Below are positions 1-12,739 of a stretch of 56,355 bases of DNA, piece by piece. Source of the DNA: Chiloscyllium plagiosum (Eukaryota); assembly GCF_004010195.1 (NCBI RefSeq), contig NW_025214961.1:1-56355 (forward strand), given 5' to 3'. Made by a program: the position numbers and the translations under genes. The notes under the pieces were generated by a model, which worked only from the letters and a program-made list of their open reading frames with translations, made no database searches and had not been told where the DNA came from. Within the stretch, counting starts at the first letter, position 1; each line of letters starts with the position of its first letter.

Positions 1-479
1 ACGTTGGTGAGAATGAGGTCAAGTAATTTTCTTTTGCTCTTTTTGGTTCTCCTGCAACCATAACAAATTCAGTCTGGCAACTAATTACTTCAGGACCTCA
101 CTTGGGGTAGTGTGCTAGAAATCAATTAATCCGAAAAGTTAAAAATTTTATCCACGTGTGCAGAATTCCCCAATTACCTAATTACAACTATTTGTTACAA
201 ATAAATAGATTCTAGCTACAGGTAAACAACTGTGAACCATTCCCATATAACTCCGCTAATTAAACCTCTAACACCCTTAAAACATCCCCAACATACACAG
301 ACAAAAAAATTTGGGGTGGAGAGAAAAACAGTGAGGGCTGTTGAATAGTCTCTCTCTGCAGTGTTCTTTGATAGGATCATTTTGGCTTGCCAGGACTTGC
401 TCCTCCTCAGTCTCTCTTCTCCAGGTATTTCCATTTGCTTGCAGGAGGTATCCACAATATGATAGATATTGTGGATACA

Positions 480-1530
480 ACTGATAAAAGATAAAACTAG
501 CCATGGAAGCATGTATAAATACGTGAAGAGTAAAAGATTAGGAAAGACAAATGTTGTCCCTTATAGTCAGAAGCTGGGGAAATTATAATAGGGAAACAAA
601 GAAATGGCAGGAGAGTTCCAAACTTCCACACAAAAGATGGCACAAATAATTTCGCAGAAATATTATGAAACCAAATGAGAGGGTAGAATTGAAGGAAAGC
701 AGTGTTCATACAAAAATAGTGCTGGAGAAATTAATGGGATTGAAGTCTGACCTGATAATCTACATCCTAGAATTCTACAGGAAATAGCCATAGAAATATT
801 GGATGCCTTGGTGGTTATCTTCCAAAATTCTATCAACTCTGAAGTAGTTCCTACAGAGTGGTGGGTGGCAAAAGTTACCCCAATATTTAAAAAGGGAGGA
901 AGCAAAACAATTAAAATACCTAACATCTGAGGTGGGGAAAAGTTACAGTATTATAAAAGGTGTGATAATAAAACATTTGAAAAGCATTAATAGGATTTGA
1001 CAAAGCCAGCATGGGTTTATGAAAGGCAAATCACGCTTAACAAATCTACTGTATCTTTTTGAGAATACAACTAGTAGAACAGATAAGGGAGAACCAGTGG
1101 ATGTGCTGTATTTGGATTTTCAGAAGGCTTTGATAAAGACACATTAGAGGTGGTGGGAAAAGTTAAAACACCTGTGTTAGTGGGTAATATATTGGCATAG
1201 ATTTAGAATTAGTTGACAGACAGGAACCAGATTGAGAGTAAGTAGGCCATTTTCTGAGTGCAGACAGTAAGCAATAGGAGGGTCAGTGGTTACAGCTCCA
1301 GCTATTCACCATATTATACATATAAATAAATGACCTGGTTGATGATACAAAACTGGGTGGGGTTGTAAGGAGCCTTGAAGGTGATTTAGACAAATTCAGG
1401 AAACAAACGCTTGACAGATGCAGTATAATGTAGCTGAATGTGGCTACACCTTGGTGTGAAAAACTGAAAAGTAGAGTATTATATAAATGGTAATATGGGG
1501 AAAAGTGGATGTACAAAGAGATCAGGATGC
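480..1530 (+). mobile_element. Decayed CR1-clade LINE, RT region (continues at ~2955-3240 after a nested insertion)
   Basis: Frameshifted CR1 ORF2 motifs (W.VA.VTPIFKKG, SQHGFMKGKS.LTNL, VD..YLDFQKAFDK). Confidence 0.8.
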
Positions 1531-1534
1531 CATT

Positions 1535-2950
1535 AGAGGTCTACAGCACAAAAAAGGCCCAATGAGTCTGCACCATCAAAAACAACTACATATTCCATAT
1601 TCCAGCACTTGGCTCATGCATTTGTATCACAAGGTGCACATCTAAATATTTCTTAAATTCTGTACGATTTCTGTCTCTACACCCTTACAGGCAGTGAGTC
1701 CCAGATTGCATAACTCTCTGGGTGAAAAGAATTCCTTGCATCTCTCCTAAACGTTCTGTCCCTTAAATCTATTGCCCTTGGTGTTTCTTGTCATTTACCC
1801 TGTCTTTGGCCCTCATCATTTTATACATCTCAATCGTGTCCCCACTTCAGTGTCCTCTGTTTCATGGAAAACACTGAGTCTAACCAGTCTTTCTCTGGAA
1901 CTAAAACTGTCCAGCCTAGGCAATTTCCTGGTAAATTTCCTCTGCAGTGCATTCACATCCCTCCTAGAATGTAGATTCCAGTTTTGCACACATTACTCTA
2001 CCTGAGGCCTAACCAATATTTTATACAGTTCCATCATCACCTCCCTGCTCTTAAACTCTATGCCTTGGCTAATAAAAGCAAGAATCCCATATGCCACTTT
2101 AACCACTTTGTCTACCTGTCCCACTATCTTAAGGGACCAGTGGACATGCACATAAAGGTCCCGCTGATCCTCAGTTCTTCTGAGGGTCCTGCTGTTCACC
2201 ATATATTCCATTGCTTTGTTTGTTCTGCCCAAATACATCCCCGCACACTTATCTATATGGAATTCCATTTGCCATTCAACAGTCTGTCTATATCCTCCTG
2301 TAGTCGAAGGATTATTATTTACCACTCCTCCAATGTTTGTATCAGGTTGAACCTGCTGATCAACCCTTCCAAGTCTCATATATACCACAAACAGCAAGGA
2401 CCCTAACTCTGATCTCTGCAGAACTCCACTGGACACAGACTTCTAGTCACAAAAAAACCCCATTACTCTCTGCTTCCTGCCACTCAGCCAAATCTGTATC
2501 CAATATTCCTTGGATCCCATGAGCTCTTATCTTTGCTATCAGTCTCCCATGCAAGACCTTATCAAAAGTCTGGTCAAAGTAGACATTGAAGGCATTGCTC
2601 TCATCAACAAACCTGGTTATCCATTTGAAAAATTCAGTTACGTAGGTGAGACATGACCCTTCCTTAACAAAACCATGCTGACTATTCTTAATTAATCCCT
2701 ACTTCTCCAAGAGCAGATTAATTCTGTTCCTCAGAATTGCTTCTAATAGTTTTCCCAGCACTGAGGTTCGACCAACTGACCTGTAGTTTCCTGGTTATCT
2801 TTTGCTCCCTTTTCAAATAATGACATCACACTGCTGTCCTCCAGTCCTCTAGCAATCTCTCCTATGGCCAGGGACAAATTGAGATTTATTGCAAATGCCC
2901 CTGTGATTTCCACCTTTGCCTCACTAAACAACATAGGTTAGATTTCATTT
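1535..2950 (-). mobile_element. Decayed CR1-clade LINE 3' part, nested in the preceding element
   Basis: ORF 1993..2436: SGVLQ.S.LG..LF, WQMEF..DKC, AYGILAFISQGIEFKSREVMMELYKILVRPQVE. Confidence 0.85.
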
Positions 2951-3244
2951 GGCTCTGGAGAAGGATGAGAGGAGATCTGATTGAAACGTATAAAATTCTA
3001 ACAGGAGTGGACAGCCTTGATGCAGGGAAGATGTCCTCCCTTGTTGTGAATTCTAGAACCAGTGGTCACAGTCTCAGGATATGGGGTAGGCATTTTAGGA
3101 CTGCAATAAGAAAAAATATCTTCACTTGACGGCTCTTGAACCTGTTGAATTTTCTACCACAGAAGACTATGGAGGCCACGTCACTGAATACATTCATGAA
3201 AAGACGGAGAAATATTTAAATTTTGGAGGCACTGAGGGTTTTTT

Positions 3245-6000
3245 TAATTGATTCTGGGATGTGGTATTGCTTGAGCTGCTGCAGCTCACCTACTGTGGGT
3301 TGACCCACAATGCTATGAGGGAGGGAATTTCAGGATCTTGATCCAGCGACAGAGAACATAGAACAATACATAGAACATAGAACAATACAGCACAGAACAG
3401 GCCCTTCGGCCCACGATGTTGTGCCGAACTTCTAACCTAGATTAAGTACCCATCCATGTACCTACCCAAATTCCAATTGTCCAAATATCTGAATCCCTCC
3501 CTCCTACACCAGAAGGAACAGCGATATTATCCAAATCAGGACGGTGAGTGGCTTAGAGGGGAACCTGAAGGTGGTGGTGTTCCCATGTATCTGCTGCACT
3601 TGACCTCCTAGATCGAAGTGGTAATGAATTAAAAAGGCACTGATTGAGGATCTTTGGTGAATTTCTGCAGTACATCTTGGAGATAGCAGTACGCTGCTAC
3701 CCAGTTTGATGCTTGTGCTTGTAGCGTCAATCAGTGGGCTGCTTTGTCCCGGATGGTGCCAGCTTCTTGAGTGTTGTTGCAAATGTGCTCATCTAGGCAA
3801 GTGGGTGACTCCTGACTTGTGCCTTGTACATGGTGGGCAGGCTTTAGGGAGTCACAAGGTGAGTTACTCACTGCAGTATTCCTGGCCTTTGACCTGCTTT
3901 TCTAGCCACTGTGTTTACGCGATGAGTACAGTTGAGTTTCTGGTCAATGATAACCTCCAGAATGTTGATAGTGGGGGGCACAGTGATGGTAACACAGTTG
4001 AATACCAAGGAGTAGTGGTTAGATTGTCTCTTATTGGTGATGGTCATAGCTTGGTACTTGTGTGGTGTGAACATTACTTGCCACTTGTCAGCCCAAGCCT
4101 GGATATTGTCCAGATCTTGATGCATTTGAATATAGACTGCTTTAGTATCTGAGGAGTTGCGAATGGTGCTGAATGTTCTGCAGTCATTGGTGAAAATCCC
4201 CACTTCTGACCATATGAAGGGGGAGGAAGGGCATTGATGAAGTAGCTGAAGATGATTGGGCCTAGGACAGTATCCTATAGATGACTGACCAACAACCACC
4301 ATCATCTTCCTATGTGCCAGGTATGATTCCAACCAGTGAATAGTTTGCCTCTGATGTCCATTGATTCCAATTTTGCCAGGGCTCCTTGATGCCACACTCA
4401 GTCAAATGCAGCCTTGATGACAAGGGCTGTCACCCTCAACTCACCTTTCAAATTCAGCTGTTTTGTCCATGTTGGAACTAAGATTGTAATGACGCCAGGA
4501 GCTCATTGGTCCTGGTGGAACCCAAACTGGGCATTGCTGAGCAGGTGCTACTTGATGACACCTTCCTGATGATCACTTTACTGATGATCAAGATAGACTG
4601 TTGAGGTGGTAATTGGCTGGGTTGGATTTGTCCAGCTTTTTATGTACAGGACAAACCTGGGCAATTATCCATATTATTAGGTTGATGACAGTGTTGTAAC
4701 TGTATTGGAACAGCTTGGCTAGGGTAGCGGTAAATTCTGGACTGTACTATTGCTGGAACTTTGTCAGCATCCTTAGCTTTTGCAGTATCCAGTGTCTGCA
4801 ACCGTTTCTTGATATCATGGTATGAATCAATTACTGTATCTGTAATGCTGGGGATGACTGGAGGAGGCTGAGATGGATCATCCACTTGGCACTTATGGTT
4901 AAAGATTACTGTGAAAGCTTCAGCTTTATCTTTTACAATGAGCTGCTGGGCTCTTTCATCATTGAGGATGGGAATATTTGTGGACCCTCCTTCTCCAGTG
5001 AGTTGTTTAATTGTCCACCACCCTTCATGACTGGATATGGCAGGACTGCAGAGCTGAGGTCTGATCCATTGGTCGTGGGATTGCTTAGATCACTATCACT
5101 TGCTGCTTATTTTGTTTGGAATTCAAGTAGTCCTGTTTGTGGCCTCACCAGGTTGATACCTTATCTTCAGGTGTGCCTGGTACTGCTGGCATGCCCTCCT
5201 ACACTCTTCATCGAACCGGAATTGATCCCTTGGCTTGATGGTAATGGTCGAATGGGGGATATGCTGGACCATGAGGTTACAGATTGTGGCTGGTGTATGT
5301 TCTACTCTGGCCGACAGTTTCTCATGGATGCCCAGTCTTGAGTTGGTAGATCAGTTTGAAGTCTATCCCATTTAGCATGGTGATAGTGCCACATAACATA
5401 ATGGAGGTCATTCTTAATGTGAAGGCAGGACTTTATCTCCACAAGGACTGTGCAGTGATCACTCTTACCAATACTGTCATAGATAGATGCATCTGCAACT
5501 GGCAGACTGGTAAGGATGAGGTCAAGTATGTTTTTCCTTCTTTTTGGTTCCCTCACCACCTGCCGCAGCCCCAGTCTAGCAACTGTGTCTTTTAGGACCC
5601 AGCTAGCTCAATCAGTAGTACTGTTGCCACGCAACTCTTGTTGGTGAACATTGAAATCCTCCATCCAGTGTACATTTTGTGTCCTTGCCTACTTGAGTGC
5701 TTCCTCTATGTATTGTTCAACATTGAGAAGTACCAATTCATCAGCTAGAGGATGGTACGTGGTAATCAGCAGGAGGTTTCCTTGTCTATTTTCAACCTGA
5801 AGTCACGTGACTTCATGACATCCAGAATAAACGTTGAGGACTCCTACAGCAACTCCTTCCAGATTGAAAACCTCTGTGCTAGCCAGCTCTGCCAGTGGAA
5901 TAGACATATCCAGGGATGGCGATGGTGGTGTCTGAAATATAGTCATACTCATGGAATCATACCTGACATATAATGTCAGGCTGTTGCTTGACTAGTCTTT
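3245..6000 (-). mobile_element. Decayed L2/CR1-superfamily LINE (endonuclease to 3' end), interrupted at ~3352-3470 by a short CR1 3' tail
   Basis: ORFs with ILDLILTSLP..SDH (APE), DTAKAK.AD.VP and QDLDNIQAWADKWQVMF (RT). Confidence 0.8.
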
Positions 6001-6928
6001 AAGACAACTCTCCCAATTTTTGCAATGGCCCCCAGATGTTAGAAAGAAGGATTTTGCAGGGTTGACCAGGAATATTTTTGATGTTATCTTTTTCCAGTGC
6101 CTAGGTCCATGCCAGTTTGTCTGGTTTCATTTCTTTGAGACTTTGTAGTGGTTGGTACAACTGAAGGCTTGCTAGGCCATTTCAGGGGGCAATTAAAAGT
6201 CAACCGCATTGCCATGGATCTGGACTCTCATGTAGGTCATATCAGGTGAGGATGAAAGATTTCCTTCCCAGAAGGACATTAGTGAACCAGATGGGTTTTT
6301 CTGATGATGGACAATGATTTAACGGTCATCCGTAGATTCTTAAATCTAGACTTTTTTTTGGGTATGGGGCGTCGGCCAAAACATGGTATTCAGATAGTGG
6401 ATCAAGGAGATTCAGTCGGGAGGTGGAATGATGATCAGCTATATAGCAATGCAGGCTTTGAAGTAGGTTCAGTCCTACCATTTCTGAATTTCAAACCAGT
6501 TTAGTTGTATCCCTCCAAAAGCTTCTGACTTTTATCTCAAAGTTAGAGACTTTGTCACATGTTTCTGGTTAGCATGGTAACTGCCCATTAGAAGTTTAAG
6601 CCAAGTGCCCTGGAAGTTTATACTCAATGTGCCAGGAATTCCAAAAGGACCTGACATAGACCTTTTAGTGCATAACCCACCCCTCCACCTCCTGCCTGTT
6701 AAGAGTGGATACCAAAATCCATGACACTGTCCTGAGAAAGCAAAAGTTATCCCTGACCTCTCAATAGACATACCTCTCGTCTACTTTAAGAACCAGCTAA
6801 TCTGTTGTCATAACACTGCTGTTGGTGGTCTGTCCACAAATTGGGTGCCGTGGTTCCATGTCATGGGCTTCAACTTGGTTGAAACATCCAGTGTGTGAAA
6901 ATGATGTTATATAATTGGAATTTATGTT

Positions 6929-7240
6929 GGGGTGGCACAGTGGCTTGAACTGCTGCCTCACAGCGCCAAGGACCATGGTTTAATTCCTGCCTCGGGTGAC
7001 TGTGTGGAGTTTGCACATTCCCTGTGTCTGTGTGGGTTTGCTCTGGTTTCCTCCCACAATCACAAAGACGTGCAGGTAGGGTGAATTGGCTATGCTAAAT
7101 TGTACATAGTATCTGGTGCTTTAGTCAGGGGTAAATATACGGTAGGGGAAATGGGTCTGGGTGGGTTACTCTTCGGAGGGTCGGTGTGGACTTAGTGGGC
7201 CGAAGGGCCTGTTTCCCTACTGTGGGGAATCTAACCTAAT
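6929..7240 (+). mobile_element. HE1-type tRNA-derived V-SINE, diverged
   Basis: tRNA-like head, central GTGTGGAGTTTGCAC..TCCTCCCACA V-domain, CR1-like tail ending TCTAA; homologous to 31025-31344. Confidence 0.88.
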
Positions 7241-7259
7241 TAACTTTCGTTCAGCATTA

Positions 7260-8170
7260 CTCCACTTACAGTAAGCTGGATCTGTTGGCTGATCAGCCCC
7301 GCGTTTCGAAACGCGATGTGAGCGCGGTTTTGGATTGCGCGCGGGGGTGGAGGAGAAGATTGGCGCGACTGACAGCCCGTAGTTTCCCCGGCTGCTGCGC
7401 CGTTGCCGAGACACCGACACGGAGAAGGAGGTCGGGTCCGGGCCGAGGAGCCATACTACAGCGATGGAAATAGGAACTGAAATCAGCCGCAAGATCAGAG
7501 TGAGTGTTGACCCTGGCCCTGTCCTCGATTCCCCCAAACCGTGAAGCGGAGGGCCCCAGGCCCCGGGCCCTCGCCCCCGGGTCTGGGCTGTTGTCCGGCC
7601 TGCGGCCTGGGTGGGAGGGGAGAAGCTCTCATGTTTGTTTTTGGTTTCCAGCTCGGAGCTCAGGCGGGGAAACCGGCGGAGCGGCCTCCATCCGGTCATT
7701 GCTTTGGGGGGAAAAAACCCCAAGTGGGTTTGCTGGAGGCGGCCCCGAGTGTCTCACTGTTCATGTCTAACAATAGTTTGGTTCGGTGGGTCTCTGCCAA
7801 ACTAAAGGATGTACAATCGTTAGCCGCTCGGATTCCCGAGTTTGAAACCGTGGTTTTTGTTTCTCCCATTATCTTTGAATGTTTCCGGTTTATATTTTGA
7901 AATCTCCAAACCTGTCGCTTCCTCGGGTCTCTGTGATAAACGGGGACGGTGGGGAAACGTGCGACCAGCAAGTGGTGTACGGCAGAGATGGCCCCCCCTT
8001 GGCCCAGGAATTTGGTGTGCGGATGCCTGCGGTACAAATAAAAGTTTTAAAACAAACCTATTTGCTCGCCTCCTGTCCACTGTCAGCAAAGGTCGCGAGG
8101 TGTTTCTTCAAAGAAGAAAAAAACTTATAGAGCTTTTATTCATGGAGTAAGGGTGGCGTTGGCGACGAGC
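7260..8170 (+). promoter_or_regulatory. ZC3H14: CpG island / promoter and first exon region of ZC3H14
   Basis: Only GC- and CpG-rich stretch in an AT-rich, CpG-depleted window; surrounds the ATG at 7464; contains ATTGG (7359-7363, inverted CCAAT) overlapping E2F-like TTGGCGCG (7360-7367). Confidence 0.85.
7464..7499 (+). CDS. ZC3H14: ZC3H14 coding exon 1 (MEIGTEISRKIR)
   Basis: gcgATGG Kozak context; peptide identical to the known ZC3H14 N-terminus; donor GTGAGT at 7500, phase 0. Confidence 0.97.
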
Positions 8171-8287
8171 GTGAATTGTAAATTGCCCTTTACAATGTGG
8201 AGTTGCACTGAAGCTTGAACAACTTAATGGCTTGTTAGATTATTTCAAGGAGCAGTTAAGAGTCAGTCACGTTGCTGACTTAACTCA

Positions 8288-8420
8288 GTTAAAAATCACA
8301 CCAGGTTATAGTCCAACAGTTTGATTTAGTGCCTCCAAATACTGTAAACCTATTGGACTATAACCTGGTGTTGTGTGATTTTTAATTCTGTATACCCCAG
8401 TCCAACACCACCTCCAAATC
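8288..8420 (+). mobile_element. Fold-back element, same family as 24757-24957, centre deleted
   Basis: TTAAAAATCACA..CCAGGTTATAGTCCAA / TTGGACTATAACCTGG..TGTGATTTTTAA inverted arms and same tail. Confidence 0.75.
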
Positions 8421-8799
8421 TAAGTTAATTATGTAGACCAGACCAGGTAAGGTTGACAGATTCCTTCCTTAAAGGACATTGAACCAGATTTGTTCTTGTG
8501 ACAATCTGACAGGAGCATAGTCGCTATATAGTTCTTTTAGAATTGTGCATCAAACAATTTTTCTTCACTCAATTCAGATTCCGTGACTGTCATGAGATTT
8601 GAGTTCATTCATCCAAATTGTTCATACATGTTATGTGAATAATTATTACTTCAGTCATGTCACTGCTCTAGTACTGTCCTGAATATTGCAATATTTATTT
8701 CTGAGCTTGGCTAGATTTCTAATTTGAATGTAGAAATTCTACTGGTAGCTACTAATTATCACATTGTGATGGTTTGGTGAGTTTTAAGATTTGTTGCTC

Positions 8800-9233
8800 A
8801 GGTTGAGGTTCTGGTGTAGGTTTGCTTGCTGAGCTGGAAGGTTTGTTTTCAGATGTTTCGTCACCATACTAGATAACATCTTCAGTGAGCCTTCAGATGA
8901 AGCATTGGTAGTGTAGCCTGCTTTCTATTTATATGTTTGGGTTTTTTTCAGTTGGCAATGTCATTTCCTATGGTGATGTCATTTCCTGTTCTTTTTCTGG
9001 AGGGGTGGTAAATGAGATCCAAGTCAGTGTTTGTTGATAGAGTTCCAGAGTGACTTGGATCCCGTTTACCACCCTGTGCAAAAAAGAAAAGGAAATGACA
9101 TCACCAACCCAAGGAAACTCAAACATATAATTAGAAAGCGCTTCATCCGAAGGCTCACTGAAGATGTTACCTAGTATAGTGATGAAACATCTGAAAATGA
9201 ACCTTCCAGCTCAGCAAACAAACCTACATCCAG
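8800..9233. mobile_element. ~430 bp fold-back, putative Penelope-like terminus pair with a hammerhead motif in each arm
   Basis: Imperfect inverted arms ~8812-9026 / 9051-9233; CTGAAGA-stem-GAAACATC at 9156-9193 (+) and 8850-8887 (-). Confidence 0.7.
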
Positions 9234-10519
9234 ATGCTGATGCTTTCTTTCTGAGTTCAGAACATGACTATTCTAACTTGAAACATATTGTGACTTTAAA
9301 TGTAAAACATTTTGAGCTGTTTGAGTTTGCAACAAAGTTTGAGTGTACAACATTCTGACAAGGCAAGTCCCAATCTAAGACTTGAACACAAAACTCTGGG
9401 CTGATGTTGCAGTGCAGTACTGAGGAAGAACAACATTGGTGATGCCATCCTTCAGATCATATGCTAAATTTGGGTCCTACTTATGTTACTACTTTATAAG
9501 CTGCATGTGGTAATCAGTCCAGGGCCAGGATGACATCACATGGTCAGCCATGAAGACTCGGCAAGCAGCAGCATGCAAGACCATGGGTGTTTACATAAGT
9601 TGTTCTGTAACTGCAGGTTCTCACTTTGTCTAACAAGTCTGTTTTGAGATTTCAATCCATACTATCTGCTAGTCCAGTTAGAACTGTAATCCTTTGTTAA
9701 GGAACAACACACAAAAAAAAGTAATCAGTTGTGATTTTTGTATGAACAAAAAGACAGTGATGCAAACAAATAGAGGCTTGAAGCAGTGCAAAAGTTACAT
9801 TTACCTTGGAACACAGAAAAATACATCAGTATCCAAATAATACTGGCTAAACAGTAAATACTTGATGTGTGAGATGATCAGATGAGTGGTATCTGTGAAC
9901 AGCAAGTTGTTTCCAAACAGCTGTAGAAGCTACAGGGTCACCAAGACAACCTCAGGTGTAATTCCCATCCAAAAAGATCAAGCGCACAAAACATTTGAGC
10001 TGAAGACCAAACTAGCACAGGGATGAATTAAGAAAAACAGCAGTTGCATTGTGGAATCTCTGCACATGTCAGGGTCATTTACTATAAATCCTCTACATGT
10101 TGATAATTTTTGTAAAACAGGGAAACATCAGGAAGCTGACTACTAAATTTCCTAGCATGAATTGACAAGCCATAGATATTGTATCTGAGTGTAGGTTTTA
10201 CAAAGAAATTATGGAGCAGTGCTTTTTTGAAAATCAACATAAGCAAGTGGTGAAAACAAAAGAGCCATTCAAAACAAGGAGCTACATAGGCTAATCGGAA
10301 AAGGATCAATGAGATCCTATTAAACATTGGGAAGTGATGGAAGATAATTTTTTGTAAAAGTGAATTTCAGAATTCATCATTTAGGGCTGATGTTTTAGAG
10401 GCAATGCCACAAGAATTGGTTGATTGGTATGTCAGTAGATACGGAGATAAGTGCAAGGACAGTAATTGCTCAGAAGCTGAGCTATATGAGTGGATAATAG
10501 AGCTGCTTAGAGAAATTTA

Positions 10520-12600
10520 GCTGTAGGCTGTGCCATTATGATAGATCTCCTATCCCAATACCATATTCACACTTTCTCCCCACGCCCCCTGATACCTTTA
10601 AAATCTAAACATTCATCTATCTATCTCTTGAATATATTCAGTGACTTGGTCTCCACAGCCTTCTGTGGCAGAGAATTCAACAGGTATGTTAGCTTTTCAT
10701 TGCAGAAATCTTTCCTAATCTCAATCCTAAATTACCTACCCTGTACCCTGAAATTGTGTCCCCTGCTAAGGAAAAGATCCTCCCTGCATCTAATTAGTCC
10801 AACTCTGCACAGATTCTGTATGTTTCAATCAAGTGCCCTCTTATCTGTCCAAACTCTCTATTGAATATAAGCCCAGTTAAATCAATCTCTCCTCAGAACA
10901 CAGTCCCACCATCCCCAGTATCCGCCTAGCGACTTGCTGCATTCACTCTTGGCAATTGTATCATTTCTTAGGTAGGGAGACCAAAACTCCTCCAGTTACT
11001 CAGCTGTGGTCTTACCAAGGCCTTAAATAACTACAGTAAGACATAGTTATTTCTGAATTCAAATAGTTTTCAAATATTTCCAAAAAGACCTGTTGAAGAA
11101 AAAGAGGTCATGACAGTGACACTGCTAATTAAGATGGCAGAAAATATGAAGCCATTGTAACCGGACAGCAACGTCTTGGTAAGTATTAGGCAGGCACATT
11201 TAACAGAATTGGACCAACACTCAGACGTTTACAACACAGAATGGTGCCAATCAACTTGTTGTCTACATTTAGTTAACAGATTTAACTACATTAATCTCAT
11301 TTTCCAACTCTTGGCCTATTGCCTTAGAGATCATGACAACATGAGTGAATATCTAAATAATGCGTAAATGAGAGTTTTTTACTCTGCCACCCTTTTAGGG
11401 AGTGAGTTCCAGACTCCCACTTTTCTCTGGATGAAAACATTTCTTCTTGACTCTGCTCTTGGCCTTCTACCTCTTAATTTAAACCTGAGTCCCCTGATTA
11501 TTGACCTCTACTAGTAGGAACAACTGTCTAACCATCTTATCTATACTCCTCAATCATTAGATACCTCTATTAGGTCTCCTCTCAATCTTCACTACCCCAA
11601 GGAAAAGAACTCCAGCCTGTCCAATCTTGCTTCATAGCTCTGACCCTCCAATCAAGGCAGCATTCTGATAAATCACATCTGCACCTTTTCTTGTGCCATC
11701 ACATTGTTCCTATAATCTAATGACCATAATCTCTCACATTAGTCTAGTTGTGACGTTTTTATACAGATCCAGTATAACCTCACTCCTCCTGTATTCTATT
11801 GTTCAGTTGATAATGACAATTAATCCATCTTCTTAACTATCTATTTACCTGCTCTGCTATGTTCAGGAATCAGTGGATATGCATAACAAGGTCATGCTGA
11901 TCTTCAGTACTTCACAGGGTTCTAACTTTTTAATGTGGTCCATTGCCTGTTAGCTGTGTCATGTGCATTACCACGTACCTTTCCACCTTGAATTCCATTT
12001 GCTAATGCTCTACCTCCTGATTAATCTGTTGATATCCTCCTGCAGTTTACAGCTATCTTCCTCACTAGTTACCATTCTACCAATTTTCATGGCATTCATA
12101 AATGTCCTGATTGTGCCCCTACATTTAAGCCCATATCATTAATGTACACCATATATGGCAAGGTGCCCAGCAGTGAACTCTGCAGCATCACACTAGAAAC
12201 AGACTTCCAGTCATAGAAACATTGACTTATAATCACTGATTGCTTCCTGCCTGTCAGCCATTTTGTCCTTTTTACATCATTCGTGGGACTTAGGCCATTC
12301 TCACTGGCCAGCATTTAATTGCCTATCTCTAGTTGTACTTGCAGTGGTGGTAAGCTGCCGTCTTGAACTGCTACAAGTCCAAATGCTGTAGGTAGACCTA
12401 CAGTGGTGTCGAGGTGGAACTCTTGGATCCTATGGGCTTTAACTTTGTTGACAGTCTGTTTTGAGGGATCGTATCAAAAGCCTTCTTAGGGTGCATGTAA
12501 ATCACATTAAATTTTGTTAAATGCAACATTTTCTTAACAAATCTATGCTGATTATGCCTGATTAATCTGTGTCTCTCTAAGTGAACATATATTCTGTCCC
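10520..12600 (-). mobile_element. Cluster of decayed CR1 fragments
   Basis: ORFs 12096..12314 and 12398..12607 (HLERHRLIR.NQH.F, KAFDTIP, WKSVSS.MLQ.SLLG). Confidence 0.7.
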
Positions 12601-12607
12601 TCAGCAT

Positions 12608-12738
12608 TCCATGCTAAATTGCCAGTAGTGTTAGGTGAAGGGGTAAATGTAGGGGAATGGGTATGGGTGGGTTGCTCTTCGGAGGGTCGGTGTGAAGTTG
12701 TTGGGCCAAAGGGCTTCCACACTGTAAGTAATCTAAAA
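12608..12738 (+). mobile_element. 5'-truncated HE1-type SINE
   Basis: CCATGCTAAATTGCC..TTCGGAGGGTCGGTGTG..CCACACTGTAAGTAATCTAA matches 3' half of full copies. Confidence 0.8.
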
Positions 12739-12739
12739 C

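Noticed and set aside
1..6928. Possible neighbouring gene exon upstream (PTPN21 is the neighbour in mammals)
   Set aside because: No recognisable exon; region is almost entirely LINE debris
7217..8150. Many overlapping ORFs of 60-170 aa on both strands
   Set aside because: Expected from stop-codon scarcity in a CpG island; no recognisable domains
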